A stretch of DNA of 64,000 bases, taken from contig CAWHTE010000007.1 of the NCBI GenBank assembly GCA_963832165.1, forward strand, positions 576,001 through 640,000, read 5' to 3'. Positions 56,919 to 64,000 of this stretch are shown here, piece after piece (within the stretch, counting starts at the first letter, position 1; each line of letters begins with the position of its first letter). This DNA comes from an uncultured delta proteobacterium. Lineage in GTDB: Bacteria; Myxococcota_A; UBA9160; SMWR01. The translations under genes were made by a program, and so were the position numbers. The notes under the pieces are model-generated. The model saw only the letters and a program-made list of their open reading frames with translations, searched no databases and was not told the DNA's origin.

Positions 56919-58562
56919 ATGGCCGACGTTCACGGCGGCATTCTCGCGGGTCGCGCTCTCAAGGCGGCTGGCGTCGAGTGCATCTTCACTCTGTGCGGCG
57001 GCCACATCATGCCGCTCTACGCGGGCTGCCAGGAGCAGGGCATCCGCATCATCGACGTGCGCCACGAGCAGGCCGCGGTCCACGCGGCGGATGCCTGGGC
57101 GCGCTGCAACCCGGGCAAGATCGGCGTCGCGGCGATCACCGCAGGCCCCGGCGTCACCGACGGCGTCACGGGCATCGCGAACGCGTGGCGCGCGAACTCG
57201 CCGATCCTCGTGTTCGGCGGTCAGGGGCCGTTCGAGAACCTGCGACGCGGCTCGCTCCAGGAGATGGACCACATCGGCGTCGTTCGTCCGATCACCAAGT
57301 ACGTCGACGCGATCTATCAGACCCACCGCATCCCCGAGTACATCGAGCTCGCGATCCGCCACGCGGTGTCCGGCATCCCGGGGCCCGCCTATCTCGAGAT
57401 CCCGATGGACGTGTTCATGGGTCAGGTGCCCGAGGACAAGATCTACATCCCGCGCATCCGCACCGCGGCGCCGCGCCTATCGCCTGTCCGCGAAGACGTA
57501 CGCGAGGCGCTCGCGCTGCTGCGCGGCGCGCAGCGGCCGATGCTGATGGCCGGCACGAGCGTGAAATGGTCGCAGGCCTCCGCGGCGATGAACCGGTTCA
57601 TCTCCGAGACGCACATGCCCGCCTACACGAACGGCATGGGCCGCGGCACCGTGCCGCCGACCTCGCCCGAGTTCCTGAATCGCTCGCGGCGCGATGCGCT
57701 CAAGGCGATCGACTGCATCGTGCTCGCGGGCACGCTGCTCGATTTCCGGATGGCGTTCGGCAAGACGATTCCCGAAACCGCGAAGATCATCCAGCTCGAC
57801 ATGGACGCGACGCTGATCGGCCAGAACCGCCAGGCCGACGTCGGCCTCGTCGGCAATCTCGCGTGCACGTTCGAGCTGCTGCTCGAGGAGATGAAGAACA
57901 CGGGCACGCAGCTCGACTTCTCCGGCTTCCGCGACGAGCTGCGTGCGATCGAGGTGAAGGCCGAGGAGAAGGTAGAGGCCGCGCTGAATAGCGACGAGAG
58001 CCCGGTCGATCCGCAGCGCATGTGCCGCGAAGTGCGCGACTGGCTCGACACGCTCGACGATCCGATCGTGATCGGCGACGGCGGCGACATCGTCGCAACT
58101 GCGGCGAAGATCATCCCCGTGAAGCGCGAGGGCGCGTGGATGGATCCGGGCCCGCTCGGCACGCTCGGCGTCGGCATGCCGTTCGCACTCGCGGCGCAGG
58201 CGAGCAACCCGGACAAGCGCGTCGTGATCATCTACGGCGACGGCAGCTTCGGGCTCAACGGCTTCGAGTACGACACGGCGGTGCGCTTCAACCTGCCGAT
58301 CATCGGCATCGTCGGCAACGACGCGGCCTGGGGCCAGATGATGCGGCCGCAGGGTGCGATCTACGGCATGTTCGACAGCACGCTGCTCAATCCGACGCGC
58401 TACGACAAGGTGGTCGAGGCGCTCGGCGGACACGGCGAGCTGGTCGAGCGGCCCGAGCAGCTGCGGCCCGCGCTCGAGCGCGCCGCGGCGTCGGGCAAGC
58501 CCGCGTGCATCAACGTGATGATCCGCCAGGACCGCGCGTACAAGGGCGGCATCTACGTGTAG
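56919..58562 (+). CDS. ThDP-dependent enzyme (IlvB-like / 2-hydroxyacyl-CoA lyase family)
   Basis: TLCGGHI, DVRHEQAA, TAGPG, GSLQEMD, DGGD, DPGPLGTLGVG, GDGSFG...ND. Confidence 0.9.
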   Translation: MADVHGGILAGRALKAAGVECIFTLCGGHIMPLYAGCQEQGIRIIDVRHEQAAVHAADAWARCNPGKIGVAAITAGPGVTDGVTGIANAWRANSPILVFGGQGPFENLRRGSLQEMDHIGVVRPITKYVDAIYQTHRIPEYIELAIRHAVSGIPGPAYLEIPMDVFMGQVPEDKIYIPRIRTAAPRLSPVREDVREALALLRGAQRPMLMAGTSVKWSQASAAMNRFISETHMPAYTNGMGRGTVPPTSPEFLNRSRRDALKAIDCIVLAGTLLDFRMAFGKTIPETAKIIQLDMDATLIGQNRQADVGLVGNLACTFELLLEEMKNTGTQLDFSGFRDELRAIEVKAEEKVEAALNSDESPVDPQRMCREVRDWLDTLDDPIVIGDGGDIVATAAKIIPVKREGAWMDPGPLGTLGVGMPFALAAQASNPDKRVVIIYGDGSFGLNGFEYDTAVRFNLPIIGIVGNDAAWGQMMRPQGAIYGMFDSTLLNPTRYDKVVEALGGHGELVERPEQLRPALERAAASGKPACINVMIRQDRAYKGGIYV

Positions 58563-58657
58563 GGCGGATTAGCGAGCGAAGCGAGCGTAATCCGCCGCTT
58601 TCTCGAGGCTACGCGTAAGCAATGGCGGATTACGGCCTTTGGCCTAATCCGCCCTAC
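58559..58657. repeat. Inverted GTAG REP doublet (REPIN-like), type B
   Basis: GTAGGGCGGATTAG...TAATCCGCC, spacer, GGCGGATTAC...CTAATCCGCCCTAC. Confidence 0.88.
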
Positions 58658-58659
58658 GG

Positions 58660-61440
58660 ATGATGGGTATGCGGGAGCTCGAACCGAGCGAGGCCGGGCT
58701 CGATCTCGCGGCGCTCGCTCGGCTCGTCGCGGCGGTCGGACCGCTCGCGATCATCGACTTCGAGACGACGGGCCTGCCCGAGGAGGGCGGCGCGGAGCCG
58801 ATCGAGGTCGGCGTCGTGCTCGTCGATACCGATCGCGCGCGTGTGTTCGAGGCGCGGATCCGCCCGCGCGGACGTGTCCCGCGTGCGGTCACGGCGCTCA
58901 CGGGTCTGCGCGACGCGGATCTCGCCGACGCGCCGCGCATCGAGTCCGTGGCACCCGTGCTGCTCGAGGTGCTCGCGGGTCGCACGCTCGTGGCACACAA
59001 CGCCGATTTCGAGCGCTACTTCCTCACGCGCTTCGTCTCGCCATCGTTCGCGCGCGCGAGCTATCTCGATACCCAGGACCTGTTCGCGCTCGCGTTCCCG
59101 GACGCACCCGATCTGCGCCTGGACACGCTGGCCGAGCGCGAGCTCGGCCGGCACGCGCGTCACCGCGCGCTCGACGACGCACTCGACACCGCGCGCCTGA
59201 TCTCACGCCTGGGCTCGGACGCGCACAGCGGCGGTGCGCGCGCGTCCGCCGCGCGCGCTGCGCTCGACGCGTTCGCGCCCGACGAGCCGTGGGCGGCGCT
59301 GCTCGATGCGCCGGGTCTGCCGCCCGAGCCGCCGCCCGATCTCCAGTACATCGCGATCCCGCCCACGCGCGAGCCGCGTGTGCCGTTCGACGCCGACGCG
59401 ATCGCCGCGGCGCTCGGCGACGAGGCGCGCGGCCGCCGCCATTTTCCGCGCTACCGCGTGCGCGCGGCGCAGATCGCAATGACGCGCGAGTTCGTGCGGC
59501 TGCTCGACGGCGGCGGGCGCCTGCTGCTCGAGGGAGGCACCGGCGTCGGGAAGTCGCTCGCCTATCTCGCTGCGGCGATCCCGTTCGCGATCGAGCGCGC
59601 GGCCGGCGGCGTGCGCGACCCCGTGATCGTGTCTACGCGCACGAAGGTGCTCCAGGATCAGCTGCTGTCGCACGACATCTCCGCGGCCGCGGCGCTGCTC
59701 GGCTACCCGGACCTGCGCGCGCTATCGATCAAAGGCCGCGCGAACTACCTGTGCCAGCGGCGCACGCAACAGGTGCTCGCGGAGGGGCGCCAGCTTGGCA
59801 TCGATCCGCGCGATCAGCTCGCCTACGCCGCGCTCGCGGCGTGCGCGCGGCTGCGCGCGCACGGTGAAGTGGGCACGTTGCCCGGTGCATTGTTCTCGCG
59901 CTTCCCCGCGCTGCGCGATCTGCGGCGGCGCGCGGTCGCGCCGCGTGCGGAGCACTGCACGCGCGAGCAGTGCGCTGCGGAGCCCGCGTGCCCGCTCGGT
60001 CGCCGGCGTGCCGCACTCGCTCGCGCGCAGCTCGTGGTGGCCAACCACGATCTGCTCTTGCGCTGGCCGCCCGACTACCCGGGCTTCACGCACGTGATCG
60101 CCGACGAGGCGCACGAGCTCGCGGGCGTCGCCGACGAGGCCTATGCGATCGAGCTGCGGCCCGAGGATCTGTTCGAGCGGATCGACGAGCTGTTCGGCGG
60201 GCCGACCCGGCGCACACCCCCACTGCTCTCGCCGCGTACGGGCGGCGATCCGCGCGTCGTGCGCGGCGAGATCGCGGAGGAGCTGCGCGCGCTCGCGCGC
60301 GAGCTCGCACCGCGCGCGAGCGAGTTCGCGGAGGTGCAGCTGCCCGCGCACGCGCCGCGCGTGCTGCCCGGCGCTGCTGCGATCGCGGCGCGCACGGCCG
60401 CGCGCCTCGACGACCTCGCCGACCTCGCATCCGCGCTCGACGCCGAGCGCGACGCCGAGGATGCGCTCTCCGATCAGATCGAGCGCGGCGCCGGCGAGCT
60501 GCGCGATGCCGCTGGCGCGCTGCGCGCCGCGTTCACCGAAGACGACGCGGTAGTCGCGGCGTTCGAGGGGCTCGTCGAGCCGTTCGATCGCTGGCGCATG
60601 GTGCTGCGCCAGGTGTCGCCCGCAGCGAGCTTTCACGGCGAGCTGCTCGACAAGCTCGAGGCGTTCGCGTGCGTGTCGGCGAGTCTGTTCGTGGGGCGCG
60701 ATCCATTCGCGGCGCTCGGCGACCTCGAGGTGGAGACGCGCGAGGCGGTGAGCTGGCGCGCGGAGTTCGAGAGCCCGTTCCCGTACGCGTCGCACATGCG
60801 CGCCGTCGCACTCTCCGACGTCGGGGATCCCGTCGAGCTCACCACCGCCGTGCTCGCGGACCTCGCGCGCGCGCTCGGCGGCCGCACGCTCGGCCTGTTC
60901 ACGAGCCTGCGCCGCATGCGCGATGTGCAAGAGCGGCTCGCCGTCGAGCTGCGGCCCGACGGCATCGAGGTGTGGATGCCGCGGCGCGCCACCGACGATC
61001 CGGGTGCGCTCGTGGAACGCTTCCGCCGTGCGGGTGGCGGAGGAGTGCTGCTCGGGTCGCGCACGTTCTGGCAGGGAATCGACGTGCCGGGACCCGCGCT
61101 CGAGGCGGTCGTGATCGAGAAGCTGCCGTTCGAGGTGCCCACCGAGCTGCGCCGGCGCCGCGAGTCGCGCGTGCGCGACGCGGGCGGCGACGCGTTCGAG
61201 GTCTCCACGCTCGGCAAGATGCTCTTGAACCTGAAGCAGATGGTCGGGCGGCTGATCCGCAGCGAGGACGACCGCGGTCTGGTCGTGGTCGTGGACTCGC
61301 GCCACGAGCGGCCCTACTTCGAGCGCATCTCCGCGGCGCTGCCGCCGGGCTGCGGCTTCTCGCTCGCGACGCGCGCGGATCTGCCGGCGATCGTGGCGGA
61401 GCTGGGTCTCGGCATGCCGGGCAACCCGCAGCAAGGCTGA
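58660..61440 (+). CDS. dinG: DinG-family helicase with N-terminal DEDDh exonuclease
   Basis: IDFETTG, AHNADFE, HRALDDA; GTGVGKS, KGRANYLC, DEAH, LFTS, FWQGIDVPG, KLPF, QMVGRLIRS. Confidence 0.9.
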   Translation: MMGMRELEPSEAGLDLAALARLVAAVGPLAIIDFETTGLPEEGGAEPIEVGVVLVDTDRARVFEARIRPRGRVPRAVTALTGLRDADLADAPRIESVAPVLLEVLAGRTLVAHNADFERYFLTRFVSPSFARASYLDTQDLFALAFPDAPDLRLDTLAERELGRHARHRALDDALDTARLISRLGSDAHSGGARASAARAALDAFAPDEPWAALLDAPGLPPEPPPDLQYIAIPPTREPRVPFDADAIAAALGDEARGRRHFPRYRVRAAQIAMTREFVRLLDGGGRLLLEGGTGVGKSLAYLAAAIPFAIERAAGGVRDPVIVSTRTKVLQDQLLSHDISAAAALLGYPDLRALSIKGRANYLCQRRTQQVLAEGRQLGIDPRDQLAYAALAACARLRAHGEVGTLPGALFSRFPALRDLRRRAVAPRAEHCTREQCAAEPACPLGRRRAALARAQLVVANHDLLLRWPPDYPGFTHVIADEAHELAGVADEAYAIELRPEDLFERIDELFGGPTRRTPPLLSPRTGGDPRVVRGEIAEELRALARELAPRASEFAEVQLPAHAPRVLPGAAAIAARTAARLDDLADLASALDAERDAEDALSDQIERGAGELRDAAGALRAAFTEDDAVVAAFEGLVEPFDRWRMVLRQVSPAASFHGELLDKLEAFACVSASLFVGRDPFAALGDLEVETREAVSWRAEFESPFPYASHMRAVALSDVGDPVELTTAVLADLARALGGRTLGLFTSLRRMRDVQERLAVELRPDGIEVWMPRRATDDPGALVERFRRAGGGGVLLGSRTFWQGIDVPGPALEAVVIEKLPFEVPTELRRRRESRVRDAGGDAFEVSTLGKMLLNLKQMVGRLIRSEDDRGLVVVVDSRHERPYFERISAALPPGCGFSLATRADLPAIVAELGLGMPGNPQQG

Positions 61441-61452
61441 GGCGCTCCGAAC

Positions 61453-62181
61453 ATGGAAGACGAAATCGCGCTCACGCGTTGGTCGATTCCGAAGATCGCG
61501 CTCACGATTCTGCTCGTGTTCGCCGCCTCGGGGTTCGTGATGCTGTGGCTGTTCGCGGGCGCCCCCGCGCTCCAAGCCGACGAGGTCAACCCCGCGACGC
61601 TCGGTCCGGCGTTCGTCGCCCTGCTGCGCGCGGCGCTCGTCGCGGAGATCGCCACGCTCGTCGTGCTCGGAGTGATCGTGTCCATCGTCGAACCGCGGCC
61701 GTGGAAGCTCCTGGGCCTCGAGCCCGTTTCGATATCGACCTTTCTCACCTGGTCCGCGGCCGCCCTCGCCTTCACGATGATCTTCAATGGCATCGTGCGA
61801 CCTCTCGGATACGAGTCATTGGACTTCCGTCTCTCGGACGCCCTCTCGTCGAACGAGAGCCGAATGCTGCTGTTGGCGACCGGTGCCCTGGGCGTGATCT
61901 CCTCGGAGCTCTACTACCGCGGCTTCCTGTTCGGTGCCCTCCGCTCGCGAGGCATCGGCGTTGTCTGGTGCGCGTTCTGGGCGACGCTCCTGTACGCCTG
62001 GGGTACGTCGATCGGGCCCGAACGCGGCGGACACGCATTCGGGTATCAACTCGTCATCGGGTCCCTGCTCGCCTGGGCTCGCGCTCATTCCGGGTCGGTC
62101 CTGCCGCCGCTCGGCATGCACGCCGCCGCGACCTTGCTCGACACCATCGAGATGCTGCTCGCGAGCGGCGGCGGCACGTGA
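61453..62181 (+). CDS. CPBP/Abi-family intramembrane protease homologue with degenerate motifs
   Basis: Multi-TM; SELYYRGFLF, LLAWARAHSGSVLPPLGMH. Confidence 0.7.
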   Translation: MEDEIALTRWSIPKIALTILLVFAASGFVMLWLFAGAPALQADEVNPATLGPAFVALLRAALVAEIATLVVLGVIVSIVEPRPWKLLGLEPVSISTFLTWSAAALAFTMIFNGIVRPLGYESLDFRLSDALSSNESRMLLLATGALGVISSELYYRGFLFGALRSRGIGVVWCAFWATLLYAWGTSIGPERGGHAFGYQLVIGSLLAWARAHSGSVLPPLGMHAAATLLDTIEMLLASGGGT

Positions 62182-62690
62182 TGCGCGTTCGAGACGAGAT
62201 CGCGGCGGATCACTCTGCCGTTCACGCCGTGCTCGCGGCGGCGTTCCCCTCCGATGCCGAGGCTCGGCTCGTCGACGCGCTGCGCGGGCGCACGGAACCG
62301 CAGGTGTCGCTGGTGGCGGTCGATTCATCCGATCGCGTCATCGGCCACATTCTGTTCACGCCCGTCGAGATCCGCGATGGCGCTCATCGCTCGCGCGCGA
62401 TGGGGTTGGCACCGCTGGCCGTCTCACCGGAGTGCCAGCGCACGGGCATCGGCTCGGCGCTCGTCGCTGCAGGACTGTCGGCGTGCGCAGCGGCCGACGA
62501 GCACGTCGTGGTGGTCCTGGGTCACCCCGACTACTACCCGCGCTTCGGTTTTCGGCGCGCCTGGGATTTCGGGCTCTATTACGGCTCTCCTGGGCCGAAT
62601 CCCGCGTTCATGGTGTGTGAGATGGAGCACGGTGCGCTCGGCGGTCGCAACGGAGAAGTCGTGTATCACGCCGCGTTCGGATCGCTGTAG
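62181..62690 (+). CDS. GNAT acetyltransferase (YhbS-like)
   Basis: EARLVDALR, GHILFTP, LAPLAVSPECQRTGIG, VLGHPDYYPRFGF. Confidence 0.92.
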   Translation: MRVRDEIAADHSAVHAVLAAAFPSDAEARLVDALRGRTEPQVSLVAVDSSDRVIGHILFTPVEIRDGAHRSRAMGLAPLAVSPECQRTGIGSALVAAGLSACAAADEHVVVVLGHPDYYPRFGFRRAWDFGLYYGSPGPNPAFMVCEMEHGALGGRNGEVVYHAAFGSL

Positions 62691-62729
62691 AGCTTGGCTA
62701 TCGTCCGGAATCGACGAGGGAGGATCGCG

Positions 62730-63668
62730 ATGAGTTTCTCCGCCGATCAGTGGGCGGTGATCCTGGGCGGGTCGAGCGGTTTCGGGCTCGCGACCGCGAA
62801 GCGGCTCGGCGCGCTCGGCATGAGCGTGTGCGTGGTGCACCGCGATCGCCGCGCGATGCTCGCGAAGATCGAGCCCGAGTTCGAGAAGATCCGCGCGGGG
62901 GGAACGCGCCTCGTCGCGATGAACACCGACGCACTCGACGCCGAGAAGCGCCGCGAGGTGCTCGACGAGCTAACGGGCGCGATGGGCGATGGCCGCGTGC
63001 GCGTGCTGCTGCACTCGGTGGCGTTCGGGAACCTGAAGCTGCTGGTCACGGAAGCCAAGACGCGGCGCAGCGCGGCGTCCGCGCTCGCGAGCAAGCTCGG
63101 CATCGCCGAGGGCGAGCTGCAGAAGGCGATCGACGAGCTGTTCACGGCCGGCCATCCCCAGGCCCTCGGTCTCGCGAGCGCGCCCGAGTACTCCGACAAG
63201 TACTTCCTCGACGAGGAGGACTTCTCCCGCACGATCCACGCGATGGGCACGAGCCTGCTCGGCTGGGTGCAGGAGCTGTTCGCGCGCGGGCTGTTCGCGA
63301 AGGACGCGCGCGTGTTCGGACTCACGAGCGAGGGCAACGAGGTGGCCTGGCGGGGCTATGCCGCGGTCGCGGCCGCGAAGGTGTCGCTCGAGTCGCTCGC
63401 GCGCTCGATCGCGGTGGAGTTCGCGCCCTACGGCATCCGCTGCAACGTGATCCAGGCCGGCATCACCCACACGCCTGCGCAGGACGCGATTCCGGGCTCC
63501 GTGCACATGCGCGCGCAGGCGTTGTCGCGCAACCCGATGGGCCGGCTCACCACGCCCGAGGACGTCGCGAACGTGATCGGACTGCTCGCGAGCGACGAAG
63601 CGGGCTGGATCAACGGCGAGGTGATCCGCGTCGACGGCGGCGAGCACATCTCGGGAGCTTCGTCGTGA
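62730..63668 (+). CDS. Enoyl-ACP reductase-like SDR (FabL-like) with an internal insertion
   Basis: LGGSSGFG, HSVAFG, TSEG, Y-X6-K (YAAVAAAK), NPMGRLTTPEDVA. Confidence 0.8.
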   Translation: MSFSADQWAVILGGSSGFGLATAKRLGALGMSVCVVHRDRRAMLAKIEPEFEKIRAGGTRLVAMNTDALDAEKRREVLDELTGAMGDGRVRVLLHSVAFGNLKLLVTEAKTRRSAASALASKLGIAEGELQKAIDELFTAGHPQALGLASAPEYSDKYFLDEEDFSRTIHAMGTSLLGWVQELFARGLFAKDARVFGLTSEGNEVAWRGYAAVAAAKVSLESLARSIAVEFAPYGIRCNVIQAGITHTPAQDAIPGSVHMRAQALSRNPMGRLTTPEDVANVIGLLASDEAGWINGEVIRVDGGEHISGASS

Positions 63669-64000
63669 GCGAGAGCGAGAACGAAGACGGCGGAAAGCCG
63701 GTTGCGCTCGTGACCGGCGGCGGCACCGGGATTGGCACGGCGTGCTGCCGCGCGCTCGCGGCCGAGGGCTTTCGCGTGGGCGTGCACTACCGCTCGAGCG
63801 AGGACAAGGCGCGCGCGCTGGTCGAGTCGCTCGGCGATGCGTTCGCGATCCGCGCCGATCTCGCCGTGCCCGAGGAGATCGACGCAATGGTCGCGGAGCT
63901 CAAGGACGTCGCGGGGCGCGTCGACGTGCTCGTGAACAACGCGGGCTTCAACGTGAACGCGCCCATGCTCGCGATGAAGCTCGACGACTACGACGCAGTG
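63665..64000 (+). CDS. FabG-like SDR (3'-truncated)
   Basis: GTG overlapping the upstream stop; VALVTGGGTGIG, VHYRSS, DVLVNNAG. Confidence 0.85.
   Translation, partial: MSESENEDGGKPVALVTGGGTGIGTACCRALAAEGFRVGVHYRSSEDKARALVESLGDAFAIRADLAVPEEIDAMVAELKDVAGRVDVLVNNAGFNVNAPMLAMKLDDYDAV

Overview
GC-rich (roughly 70%) bacterial chromosomal window with about 60 genes. The gene styles suggest Myxococcota or a related deltaproteobacterial lineage (inference). Many genes carry single-base frameshifts, most likely long-read consensus errors. Contents in order: the 3' end of a CCA-adding enzyme gene; a sigma54 module (divergent NtrC-type regulator and sensor kinase flanked by two near-consensus -24/-12 promoters, one before a 70-aa ORF and a wax ester synthase, the other before a candidate sORF/sRNA); a catabolic block (Mo-oxidoreductase, Tat DUF1214 lipoprotein, alkyl sulfatase-badI-badH, PQQ dehydrogenase, SDRs, LLM); glcDEF; cimA with two unknown lipoproteins; a Cys-less thiolase-OB fusion; sppA; mddA with a wHTH-hydrolase regulator; an AraC cassette; a cyclase/HNH chimeric pseudogene; an RND pump; thiI, asd, pal, a ThDP enzyme, exonuclease-DinG and fab-type SDRs. 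Non-coding signals include a GTAG-type REP family whose TAG is the stop codon of eight ORFs, many apparent leaderless promoters, and several operator-like motifs. I saw no rRNA, tRNA, CRISPR array or intact transposase. All family calls come from motif recognition, not database searches.
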